Shown: positions 43,698 to 50,458 of the stretch, in pieces
How the letters are laid out: each line of letters opens with the position of its first letter
Numbering within the stretch: position 1 is the stretch's first letter
Notes under the pieces: generated by a model
Seen by the model: only the letters and a program-made list of their open reading frames with translations
Databases searched by the model: none
What the model was told of the DNA's origin: nothing
Assembly (NCBI GenBank): GCA_023251795.1
Contig: JAHEYD010000003.1
Coordinates: 73,853-137,852, forward strand
Length of the DNA stretch: 64,000 bases
Reading direction: 5' to 3'
DNA from: Nitrosotalea sp.
GTDB taxonomy: Archaea > Thermoproteota > Nitrososphaeria > Nitrososphaerales > Nitrosopumilaceae
Made by a program: the position numbers and the translations under genes

Positions 43698-43895
43698 ATG
43701 GAACCAACCAAAAAAGAGAATGCCGATAGATTGGCTCAGTTCGCTAGTTCTATACTGTTCGCTTCTTTGCTGTTTCACAGAAGAGCATGTTTTGATTCTA
43801 ACAACTGCAAAGAAGAAAATTGTATGGTGACCAACACTCTGAATCTAGCGGAAAAATTCCTAGAAGAGTTTAATAATAGAATAAGACCGTGGTAA
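43698..43895 (+). CDS. hypothetical small protein
   Basis: Internal ATG of ORF 43512..43895, downstream of the tRNA. No clear RBS. Confidence 0.3.
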   Translation: MEPTKKENADRLAQFASSILFASLLFHRRACFDSNNCKEENCMVTNTLNLAEKFLEEFNNRIRPW

Positions 43896-43896
43896 C

Positions 43897-43982
43897 GGGA
43901 GTTTATACCGTTAAAGAGGCGGGATTGACTGTAGATCAATCGTCTTTGTGCTCGGTAGGCGCGATACCTACAACTCCCACCA
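43897..43982 (+). tRNA. tRNA-Tyr(GTA), class II, atypical T-loop
   Basis: Acceptor GGGAGTT/AACTCCC. Arm ATTGA-CTGTAGA-TCAAT. T-arm GTAGG-CGCGATA-CCTAC. Confidence 0.55.
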
Positions 43983-43983
43983 T

Positions 43984-44057
43984 GCTCCCTTAGCTTAATG
44001 GTAAAGCTACCGGCTCTTAATCGGTTGATGTGGGTTCGATTCCCTCAGGGAGTACCA
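43984..44057 (+). tRNA. tRNA-Lys(CTT)
   Basis: Acceptor GCTCCCT/AGGGAGT. D arm GCTT/AAGC. Arm ACCGG-CTCTTAA-TCGGT. Confidence 0.85.
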
Positions 44058-44062
44058 ATCCC

Positions 44063-44139
44063 GTCCCTATAGCACAAATGGATAATGCGCGGCTCTCCTA
44101 AGGCCGATATTCAAGGTTCGATTCCTTGTGGGGACACCA
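44063..44139 (+). tRNA. tRNA-Arg(CCT)
   Basis: Acceptor GTCCCTA/TGGGGAC. Arm CGGCT-CTCCTAA-GGCCG. T-arm CAAGG-TTCGATT-CCTTG. Confidence 0.8.
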
Positions 44140-44154
44140 TTTTTGGAGAAAGTA

Positions 44155-44532
44155 ATGTACAAAGACCCAAATGATGAAAGAGCAAAAGCATCTAGGAGAA
44201 AACATTATAGTAAGAACAAGAAATCATATTACCAACGTAACGAAATCAAAAGACACCAATTACGAGAGTATTTAAGAGAAATAAAAAATAAACCATGTTT
44301 AGACTGTGGAATTCAATACCCGTTTTATGTTATGGAATTTGATCATCGTGATCCGAATGCTAAACTGCGCGGAGTCACTAAATTAGTGAATAACTGCAAC
44401 ATGAAAAAACTAACAGAAGAAATAGAAAAGTGTGATGTTGTTTGCGCTAATTGTCACAGAATAAGAACATGGAATAAAGAAACGGGAGTTTTGAAGTATA
44501 GGGACGGGATTAGGGTAATAGTGGATAGCTAA
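44155..44532 (+). CDS. HNH homing endonuclease (paralog family)
   Basis: GGAG RBS. CLDCG...MEFDHRDP...CDVVCANCHRIRT. The stop lies inside the next tRNA-like gene. Confidence 0.8.
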   Translation: MYKDPNDERAKASRRKHYSKNKKSYYQRNEIKRHQLREYLREIKNKPCLDCGIQYPFYVMEFDHRDPNAKLRGVTKLVNNCNMKKLTEEIEKCDVVCANCHRIRTWNKETGVLKYRDGIRVIVDS

Positions 44533-44591
44533 GGTAGCCGGTTGGCCTCCAAAACCATACTGCGTGGGTTCAAATCCTACATCCACTGCCA
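44520..44591 (+). tRNA. tRNA-Trp(CCA)-like (weak stems)
   Basis: Acceptor AGTGGAT/ATCCACT. Loop CTCCAAA. T-arm GTGGG-TTCAAAT-CCTAC. The anticodon and D stems have mismatches. Confidence 0.45.
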
Positions 44592-44621
44592 CTCTTACAG
44601 CCCCCGCCAAGTTTAAATTGA

Positions 44622-44697
44622 TGCGAGATAGTTTAAATGGTAAAACGTCAGACTCTGAATCTGCTCGATGAAAGTTCGAATCTTTCTCTCGCTGCCA
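44622..44697 (+). tRNA. tRNA-Gln(CTG)
   Basis: U1:U72 and G73, as in the other Gln. D arm GTTT/AAAC. Loop CTCTGAA. T-arm GAAAG-TTCGAAT-CTTTC. Confidence 0.75.
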
Positions 44698-44698
44698 T

Positions 44699-44773
44699 GG
44701 GGACGAAGCTAAATGATCAGGCAGGAGTCTGCAAAACTCCTAGACGTTGGTTTAATTCCAACCGTCCCCTCCA
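44699..44773 (+). tRNA. tRNA-Cys(GCA)
   Basis: Acceptor GGGGACG/CGTCCCC. Arm GGAGT-CTGCAAA-ACTCC. U73. Confidence 0.8.
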
Positions 44774-44799
44774 TTTTTTGTAGTGAAACAGGAGACCCG

Positions 44800-45141
44800 A
44801 TGAAAAAAATTATAGTGTGTGGGGGTAGGGATCTTCCCGTTACAAGGCAATGGGTCCAGCGCGTGGCCGAAAAATTGAAGGAAATAAAAGCTACGTTAGT
44901 GATATCGGGTTGCGCCCGTGGTGGTGATGCAATTGGAGAGGCTGCCGCTATTAGCATAGGGTTGCCAATCGAAAAGCATCCTGCACAGTGGGATAAATGG
45001 GGAAAACGGGCAGGTTATTTAAGGAATGTCGAAATGCTTGCTTGTTGTGATGGTACACTTTCGCTTCCGGGTGGTAAGGGTACCGAAATGATGAAGAAAA
45101 TCACATTGGAAGCAAAGAAACCCTTGTGGGTATTGGAGTGA
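44800..45141 (+). CDS. SLOG-superfamily protein (DUF2493-like)
   Basis: AGGAGA RBS. KIIVCGGRD...VISGCARGGDAIGE...KWGKRAGYLRN..ML pattern. Confidence 0.6.
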   Translation: MKKIIVCGGRDLPVTRQWVQRVAEKLKEIKATLVISGCARGGDAIGEAAAISIGLPIEKHPAQWDKWGKRAGYLRNVEMLACCDGTLSLPGGKGTEMMKKITLEAKKPLWVLE

Positions 45142-45151
45142 CCGACATATT

Positions 45152-45228
45152 GGCCCTATCTTCTAAAGGCTTAGGATGCGACCCCCTCAAGGTTGCGATG
45201 TTGAGTTCGAATCTCACTAGGGCTACCA
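45152..45228 (+). tRNA. tRNA-Glu(CTC) with C at position 33
   Basis: Acceptor GGCCCTA/TAGGGCT. Glu-type D arm. Arm CGACC-CCCTCAA-GGTTG. T-loop TTCGAAT. Confidence 0.65.
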
Positions 45229-45240
45229 ATAGACGGAGAA

Positions 45241-45495
45241 ATGAAGAGGGAGTGTGTCGATGGTGTTTGGTATAGACAGGAATACGAGCACAGTCCCGAT
45301 TGTAGATGTTCGAAATCCGATAATTGTTGGGTTGTTCCTGAAATAGCGTATAGATATTTTGATACTGCCATGAGAAGTAGGCCAAAAATATCGCCGCAAA
45401 CAGTTATTAAATTCATGTGCAATGACCCAAATTGTACTGCCATAATGTTTGTTTCTAGTAAAATTTTTAAGAATATCCCAAATGTAATAGAATAG
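45241..45495 (+). CDS. small Cys-rich protein
   Basis: GGAG RBS. ORF track. Confidence 0.45.
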   Translation: MKRECVDGVWYRQEYEHSPDCRCSKSDNCWVVPEIAYRYFDTAMRSRPKISPQTVIKFMCNDPNCTAIMFVSSKIFKNIPNVIE

Positions 45496-45500
45496 GATAA

Positions 45501-45516
45501 AGGGGTATAGGGGTAT
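45501..45516 (+). repeat. tandem 8-nt duplication AGGGGTAT x2 at the 5' end of tRNA-Asp
   Basis: Read directly: AGGGGTATAGGGGTATAGCTC. Confidence 0.8.
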
Positions 45517-45583
45517 AGCTCAACGGTAGAGCGCTGGCTTGTCACGCCAGTGGTTGCCGGTTCGAATCCGGTTGCCCCTGCCA
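45509..45583 (+). tRNA. tRNA-Asp(GTC)
   Basis: AGGGGTA TA GCTC-AACGGTA-GAGC G CTGGC-TTGTCAC-GCCAG ... GCCGG-TTCGAAT-CCGGT TGCCCCT G CCA. Confidence 0.9.
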
Positions 45584-45587
45584 TCAA

Positions 45588-46049
45588 ATGAAAAAATGTA
45601 CATATTGTAAATTAGAAAAGCCGAAAACTGAATTCTCGAAAAACGCAACGAGAAAAGATGGGATTCAAAATATCTGTAAAGAGTGTAGCAAAAGAAGATT
45701 GATTGAAGCCCACAAGAAAAGTTACAGTAATAGAAAACATATAATAAAAGAAAACAGAAAAGAAGAGATTGAAAGAAATAAACAGATAGTGGCTGAACAT
45801 AAATTAGGCGGGTGTAAATTTTGTTCGGAGAAAGATCCGGTGACACTTGATTTTCACCACGTTAACCCAAAAGAAAAAGATTTATCAATATCAGTCATAA
45901 TTCATAGGTACACTACAAACAAATTAGTAAAAGAAATAGAAAAATGTATAGTCCTGTGTTCTAACTGTCACAGGAAGCTTCATGCTTATGGCGAAGATGT
46001 GGGTTCAAGTCCCATCGGTACTGCCATGGTGAAGTTAGCTCAACGGTAG
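45588..46049 (+). CDS. HNH homing endonuclease (paralog family); C-terminal tail reads through tRNA-derived sequence
   Basis: The ATG lies 4 nt after the CCA of tRNA-Asp. CKFCSE...LDFHHVNP...CIVLCSNCHRKLH. After about 45990 the frame runs through a tRNA 3' fragment and the next tRNA-like gene. Confidence 0.75.
   Translation: MKKCTYCKLEKPKTEFSKNATRKDGIQNICKECSKRRLIEAHKKSYSNRKHIIKENRKEEIERNKQIVAEHKLGGCKFCSEKDPVTLDFHHVNPKEKDLSISVIIHRYTTNKLVKEIEKCIVLCSNCHRKLHAYGEDVGSSPIGTAMVKLAQR
45999..46026 (+). pseudogene. orphan tRNA 3' fragment (T-arm plus 3' acceptor strand plus CCA)
   Basis: GTGGG-TTCAAGT-CCCAT CGGTACT G CCA. No matching 5' half; the upstream sequence encodes the HNH CxxCH motif. Confidence 0.5.
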
Positions 46050-46108
46050 AGCAGGAAGCGTTCTAATTATTCGCTTGCCGTATGTTGGTTCGAGTCCAAC
46101 ACTTCATC
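46029..46108 (+). tRNA. aberrant tRNA-like gene with 11-nt anticodon loop and no encoded CCA
   Basis: GTGAAGT TA GCTC-AACGGTA-GAGC A, extended stem GGAAGCG/CGCTT(G)CC, loop TTCTAATTATT, T-arm GTTGG-TTCGAGT-CCAAC, ACTTCAT C. Confidence 0.4.
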
Positions 46109-46112
46109 GCTT

Positions 46113-46189
46113 GTTCCCCTAGCTTAACGGACTAGAGCAAAACGCTACGAACGTTTTAGGTACAGGTTCGAATCCTGTGGGGAACTCCA
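46113..46189 (+). tRNA. tRNA-Arg(ACG)
   Basis: Acceptor GTTCCCC/GGGGAAC. Arm AAACG-CTACGAA-CGTTT. T-arm ACAGG-TTCGAAT-CCTGT. Confidence 0.9.
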
Positions 46190-46194
46190 ATTTT

Positions 46195-46269
46195 GCGGGT
46201 TTGGTATAAAGGCAATTATCTTTGGCTTCCAACCAAAGGATGAGAGTTCAAGTCTCTCAACCCGCTCCA
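46195..46269 (+). tRNA. tRNA-Gly(TCC)
   Basis: Acceptor GCGGGTT/AACCCGC. Arm TTTGG-CTTCCAA-CCAAA. U73. Weak D stem. Confidence 0.7.
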
Positions 46270-46618
46270 AATTTAGTTCGTGTTTTCTGTTCCTAAGATA
46301 TGGAAGCACGGATGATACCGGTAACTAGGGACGACCGGTTGGTTTGTTATGGCGAACCTAGCCAACGGATCTTAGGGGAGCCGTTGGTAAGTCCCGGAAA
46401 ATTTGATTGGGTTACTAGCGAAAAGTGTACCATAATAAGCACTTCTCGAAAGAGATAGCTGGTATGCAGTCCCGTGGTTGGTTCAGTTACGACGAGAATG
46501 GTGGCACTACTGACGCAAACTATTCTTAGCGCTGAGTAAGTCGGTGGCAGAATACAGGAATGGGAGAGATACCCAACTCTTTGCGCAAAGGGTCTCGACC
46601 ACCCGCCAACCATTATTT
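46270..46618 (+). ncRNA. ORF-free structured spacer C (unclassified)
   Basis: About 350 nt with no credible ORF. Helices include CCAACGG/CCGTTGG (46361-67/46380-86). Confidence 0.35.
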
Positions 46619-46643
46619 GTCGGCGTAGCTCAGTCCGGTAGAG
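46619..46643 (+). pseudogene. 5' half of a split tRNA (acceptor strand plus D arm)
   Basis: GTCGGCG TA GCTC AGTCCGGTA GAG, then runs straight into the RBS and ATG of the HNH gene. Confidence 0.55.
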
Positions 46644-46658
46644 AAAGAAAGGGGTACA

Positions 46659-46958
46659 ATGCCGTATTCTGACCCGGAGAAACAAAAATTATCAACCAAG
46701 AATAGACAGGAAAGAAAGCGTAACGAATTTAGAAAATGGAAAGAAGATAATCCTTGCTCTGATTGTGGAAATTTTTATCCTTACTATATTATGCAATTAG
46801 ATCATACTTCCGACAAGAAATTTAATATTGCACAAAGAAGTGCTTCATATGGTAGCAAATATTTCTTTGAAGAAATAGCAAAATGCGATTTAGTCTGCTC
46901 CAATTGTCACGCAGTTAGAACGCATGAGCGCAGCAATGCCAAGGTAGCTCAGCGGTAG
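46659..46958 (+). CDS. HNH homing endonuclease (paralog family)
   Basis: CSDCG...MQLDHTSD...CDLVCSNCHAVRT. The stop TAG is in the D loop of tRNA-Phe. Confidence 0.8.
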   Translation: MPYSDPEKQKLSTKNRQERKRNEFRKWKEDNPCSDCGNFYPYYIMQLDHTSDKKFNIAQRSASYGSKYFFEEIAKCDLVCSNCHAVRTHERSNAKVAQR

Positions 46959-47013
46959 TAGCGGCTGGCTGAAGACCAGCGCGTCGGAGGTTCGATTCCT
47001 TCCCTTGGCACCA
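46938..47013 (+). tRNA. tRNA-Phe(GAA)
   Basis: Acceptor GCCAAGG/CCTTGGC. Arm GCTGG-CTGAAGA-CCAGC. T-arm GGAGG-TTCGATT-CCTTC. Confidence 0.85.
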
Positions 47014-47054
47014 AGCCCTACGCGTCGGTGGTTCAAATCCATCCGCTGACACCA
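47014..47054 (+). pseudogene. 3' half of the split tRNA (variable region, T-arm, 3' acceptor strand, CCA)
   Basis: ...GCGTC GGTGG-TTCAAAT-CCATC CGCTGAC A CCA. CGCTGAC pairs 7/7 (one G:U) with GTCGGCG at 46619-25. Confidence 0.55.
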
Positions 47055-47058
47055 TATC

Positions 47059-47089
47059 TTGACAAGGTACCCCCTACATATGGTATAAT
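47059..47089 (+). promoter_or_regulatory. phage promoter family copy
   Basis: TTGACA 47059-64, N19 ending in TATGG, TATAAT 47084-89, leader ...GAGGGAGGAAACCGATG. Confidence 0.7.
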
Positions 47090-47112
47090 TCTTTTGTTGA
47101 GGGAGGAAACCG

Positions 47113-47538
47113 ATGAGATCATCATCCTCTATGCTGTCCCAATTCACAGGGGAGATTTCCATGAGTGATTATACTAAGGCGGTCGAGCGGGCGGTGGAGG
47201 CGGCGAAGAAGATGCGCGGCTTCTACCTAAGGCAGTGGAGCGACGATGAAGCAGACGAAAAGCCGCAGTCAGTCTTGGATTTCGACTGTGCCCTCTCCGC
47301 CGTGCGCGAGCAGAAAGTGCGGGCGGTGGAGGCCAGGGTGGTGTTCCGTGACTTCTCCGGCGGCGTTGTATCAGCGGAAATTCTTCTGCCCCCTGAGACG
47401 CCAATTGGAGATCGAGTCACGATCCTGCTGCACGGCGAGCCATGGAACGCAGACGAGAAGTTGATGATTCACTTGGCTGGTGGTAGTCAGGAACACGACC
47501 CCGGTTGTGTTTTTGAATGTTCAAAGTGTGGAAGCTAG
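47113..47538 (+). CDS. hypothetical protein
   Basis: The ATG follows the conserved leader. GC-rich codons. Confidence 0.55.
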   Translation: MRSSSSMLSQFTGEISMSDYTKAVERAVEAAKKMRGFYLRQWSDDEADEKPQSVLDFDCALSAVREQKVRAVEARVVFRDFSGGVVSAEILLPPETPIGDRVTILLHGEPWNADEKLMIHLAGGSQEHDPGCVFECSKCGS

Positions 47539-47548
47539 GAGGAGCGAA

Positions 47549-47833
47549 ATGGTCGAACGATTTGTGGTTGAGCATTTCGGTCGTGATTCTTCCGGTTGTC
47601 CTACGGGGTTTCTAGTAAGAGACAAGAAGACCGGGAAAGCCGTTAGTCATTGGCTTCCGAATGACAGTACACCGTATGACCATTGCAGACTGCTGGCCCG
47701 TGATGAGGCTGACCGTCTGAATGATTCCGAAAATCGTCTCCGTCGAAATTCTCGACAGAGGGTATACCATAAGGCTCGCACCGAAGCTTACCGGTCGGCT
47801 GGTATGGTTCGAACCAAGTACGGTTGGGAATAG
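47549..47833 (+). CDS. hypothetical protein
   Basis: AGGAGGAG RBS before ATG 47549. Confidence 0.5.
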   Translation: MVERFVVEHFGRDSSGCPTGFLVRDKKTGKAVSHWLPNDSTPYDHCRLLARDEADRLNDSENRLRRNSRQRVYHKARTEAYRSAGMVRTKYGWE

Positions 47834-47836
47834 GTA

Positions 47837-47866
47837 TTGACAGGATACTCCCCGGTATGATATAAT
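47837..47866 (+). promoter_or_regulatory. phage promoter family copy
   Basis: TTGACA 47837-42, N18, TATAAT 47861-66, leader TTTCTTACTGGAGGGACGGAAATG. Confidence 0.7.
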
Positions 47867-47887
47867 TTTCTTACTGGAGGGACGGAA

Positions 47888-48562
47888 ATGGACCGAAAGC
47901 ACACTCACCGTGGAACCTGCCAGATTTGCGGTAGCACTCAGGCGGTTGATATCGTTTCCGGTAAGCTTGCCGTTCATGGATACACGGTGAAGTGGGGTTA
48001 CTTCTCCGGTACTTGCAGAGGCTCCAATTCCCTCCCGATGCAGCACGACCGGACCCGCACTGACGAAATGCTTATCAGTCTTCGCGACCACGCTAATGCT
48101 TGCGACGAGAAGGTTTCGAAGATCGATGCTGGAACGTTTCGACCGGCTAACGTCAGAACCGGTCGCCGGATTTATACTGGCATTTCAAACCCTGCCACCA
48201 CGGTTGGATCGAATTACCAGTCTGGTTGGTTGGACGAGGAGATTCCGTTCGATCAGGCGATGCCGTACCAGCAGCAACAGGCAATCGATTCTCTCCGTTG
48301 GGGTTTCATCAATGAGGCTCGCGGTTGCCGCGACCACGCTAAGATGATGGGGGAATTGGCAGATCAGACTTTCGGCACCGATCTGTTCCCGGTCGTTCGT
48401 CCGGAAAACCCGCTTGAGGGTTACTGCTCCGGTTCCCACAAGCCGCTGTCCAAGAAGGATTCCCATTCGGTTTACGGTCAGTGTCCCGGTTGTGGGAAGT
48501 CCTTCAAGGCTTTTCGTAACAATAGCCTTCACCCTGTTTACCAGACTCCAAAGCACAAATAG
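47888..48562 (+). CDS. hypothetical protein (CxxC pairs at both ends)
   Basis: ORF track. The ATG follows the conserved leader. Confidence 0.55.
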   Translation: MDRKHTHRGTCQICGSTQAVDIVSGKLAVHGYTVKWGYFSGTCRGSNSLPMQHDRTRTDEMLISLRDHANACDEKVSKIDAGTFRPANVRTGRRIYTGISNPATTVGSNYQSGWLDEEIPFDQAMPYQQQQAIDSLRWGFINEARGCRDHAKMMGELADQTFGTDLFPVVRPENPLEGYCSGSHKPLSKKDSHSVYGQCPGCGKSFKAFRNNSLHPVYQTPKHK

Positions 48563-48570
48563 GAGGAGTT

Positions 48571-48681
48571 ATGAATCAGGAAACCGAAGTTTGCGATTCC
48601 TGCAACCACCAGATGTGCGAGCATGACGATGGCGATTGTCCGATCAACCATTCTGAGGAGGATTGGAGGGAGGAACGGTGA
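48571..48681 (+). CDS. small Cys/His-rich protein (36 aa)
   Basis: TAGGAGGAG RBS. MNQETEVCDSCNHQMCEHDDGDCPINH... Confidence 0.4.
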   Translation: MNQETEVCDSCNHQMCEHDDGDCPINHSEEDWREER

Positions 48682-49193
48682 ATACCAATTGCATGATTGA
48701 ACTGGTCGAATACGAAGCCAATAGGACCGGTGTTACTGTTAATAGTCTTATTTCTTCCTTGCTGAAAGCTGCGAATCCCGATAGTTGCGTTGTCGTACAG
48801 ATCAGGGACAAGGAACGTTGGAAGTGGAATCTTCCGAAGCATGGCGTTCTTGTCCGCGATGAACAGTTTTTTGACAAGTTTCATAGGTTTTGCGCCACGG
48901 TTAGTAGTTTCAAGGTTGCTACCGGATTCAGCACCGCAATCGTGAAGCGTCTGGTGACGAATGGATTTATCGAAACTTTCGAGAAGTCTTGCAGTGTCAT
49001 TCCACATGTTCGTCAGCTTGGTCGTCTCGGACAATCCAATATTGTTATTAGTATGGAGTCTGCACGCAGAATCGTGAGCGTGAAAGAGGAAATGGTTCTG
49101 AGGCTCAAGAACAGATACACCACAAATTCCTTTTTCAATGAATTGAAGCGGCTAAAGCGGGAAAGCGATGATAAGACATACTTGACAATATAA
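48678..49193 (+). CDS. hypothetical protein
   Basis: ORF 48663..49193. GTG 48678 follows GGGAGGAAC. Start uncertain. Confidence 0.45.
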   Translation: MNTNCMIELVEYEANRTGVTVNSLISSLLKAANPDSCVVVQIRDKERWKWNLPKHGVLVRDEQFFDKFHRFCATVSSFKVATGFSTAIVKRLVTNGFIETFEKSCSVIPHVRQLGRLGQSNIVISMESARRIVSVKEEMVLRLKNRYTTNSFFNELKRLKRESDDKTYLTI

Positions 49194-49211
49194 TATGGGG
49201 TATGGTATAAT
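49182..49211 (+). promoter_or_regulatory. phage promoter family copy (near-leaderless)
   Basis: TTGACA 49182-87, N18, TATAAT 49206-11. The ATG at 49221 is only 9 nt after the -10 element. Confidence 0.65.
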
Positions 49212-49220
49212 TCTCCCATT

Positions 49221-49670
49221 ATGAGATCACACGACATAGCCGAAAATCTTGCAAAGGCGGAGAAGCTTCCCTTGGGTCACTACGGAAGAAAGGAAGCCGA
49301 GGATTTGGTTGCCGAGGAATACCGTCTCTGTCGTGCGTTCGAAGGTAAATTTTCTTGGAAGAGCAGATACATCAAGGTTTGCGACATTGGGAGAATCATC
49401 GGGAAGATCTGCTTCGCTCTTGGTATCAACCCACCGAAGCGCGTTATTCTCGAAAGCGACGAAGTTCATTCTCACGCTGGTGCTCATTACAGCAGTTGGA
49501 GCAAGGAAATTCATTTCCCGTCGAAATGGGTGGGCACGACGACCCTACTTCACGAGCTATCCCACCACGTGAAATATGTTGGTAAATTCTATGGGAGAGG
49601 GGACCACGGTCCAGAGTTCGTTGAGGCGGAGGAATTGGTGTTTCAGGTAGCAAAAGATATAGGACTTTAA
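49221..49670 (+). CDS. HExxH zinc metallopeptidase-like protein
   Basis: TTTLLHELSHHV motif (SprT/WLM-like size). Confidence 0.5.
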   Translation: MRSHDIAENLAKAEKLPLGHYGRKEAEDLVAEEYRLCRAFEGKFSWKSRYIKVCDIGRIIGKICFALGINPPKRVILESDEVHSHAGAHYSSWSKEIHFPSKWVGTTTLLHELSHHVKYVGKFYGRGDHGPEFVEAEELVFQVAKDIGL

Positions 49671-49672
49671 TG

Positions 49673-49755
49673 CGAGAGTGGCGAAACTGGTATACGCGCT
49701 AGACTTAGGATCTAGTCCGAAAGGGTGGGGGTTCGATTCCCTTCTCTCGCACCAA
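49673..49755 (+). tRNA. tRNA-Leu(TAG), class II
   Basis: Acceptor GCGAGAG/CTCTCGC. Arm CTAGA-CTTAGGA-TCTAG. Long variable arm. T-loop TTCGATT. A73. Confidence 0.8.
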
Positions 49756-49771
49756 ATTTAGGAGAGGAAAA

Positions 49772-50071
49772 ATGAGAAAACGTGATGGGTTTATTGAGAG
49801 TCTATTCGGAATTCTAATTTTTCTAGTGGCGGCGCTAGTAATAGTCAGGGGTGTGTTTGTACACCCATCAGTTGCGGTTAATGCCCTCAAAACTCAAGGT
49901 TACAGTAATGTGGAAGTAAAAAGTCACGATTGGTTCATGATCGGGTTTCGTGGGTGTGACGAGAAGGATGCCGCGAAATTTACGGCTGAGGCTATCAATC
50001 CGGTTGGCGAGAAAGTGGAAGTCATTGTTTGTACCGGGATTCTCAAGGGAGCAACAATCAGGTCAAAGTAA
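49772..50071 (+). CDS. membrane-anchored small protein
   Basis: AGGAGAGG RBS. N-terminal TM helix. Confidence 0.5.
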   Translation: MRKRDGFIESLFGILIFLVAALVIVRGVFVHPSVAVNALKTQGYSNVEVKSHDWFMIGFRGCDEKDAAKFTAEAINPVGEKVEVIVCTGILKGATIRSK

Positions 50072-50080
50072 GGATAGAAA

Positions 50081-50407
50081 ATGAGCTACGAAGGAACGAT
50101 AGAATATCTTTGTGCTAACGGCCACTATTGGGTTGAGGATGCTGTATCTGTTATGTATTCGGAACTCTCTAGTATTCATTGCCCCGATTGCGCGTCTTCT
50201 CCTGTTGCTTGGAATTCTATTGATCAGACGAACGGTTGCTGGCCGCTCGATGGGCTGGAAATCCTACGTGATCATTCGAACTGCGGACTGTGTTCCTCTT
50301 GGAATTTCAGAGGGAGACTGACCCGGACCCCACAACCGGAACCGAAGGTTTGTCCATGCTGCGGTCATGCTGAACATCAGAAGCCTACTTTCCGATTGAA
50401 GGATTGA
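50081..50407 (+). CDS. Cys-rich hypothetical protein
   Basis: ORF track. CPDC and CPCCGH motifs. Confidence 0.5.
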   Translation: MSYEGTIEYLCANGHYWVEDAVSVMYSELSSIHCPDCASSPVAWNSIDQTNGCWPLDGLEILRDHSNCGLCSSWNFRGRLTRTPQPEPKVCPCCGHAEHQKPTFRLKD

Positions 50408-50433
50408 CAAATACTATCCCCATGTGGTATACT
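50404..50433 (+). promoter_or_regulatory. phage promoter family copy
   Basis: TTGACA 50404-09, N18, TATACT 50428-33, leader ...GAGGGAGGAACGGAAAATG. Confidence 0.7.
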
Positions 50434-50458
50434 TCCTTCGTTGAGGGAGGAACGGAAA

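Noticed and set aside
46270-46618. RNase P RNA
   Set aside because: Only a weak resemblance was found (GTAAGTCCCGG versus the conserved GGAAAGTCCGG block). The other conserved regions were not found.
47174-47464. Alternative-frame ORFs (76, 65 and 72 aa) inside gene 47113..47538
   Set aside because: They are Arg/Ala/Pro-rich shadow frames of a GC-rich gene that has the conserved leader and start.
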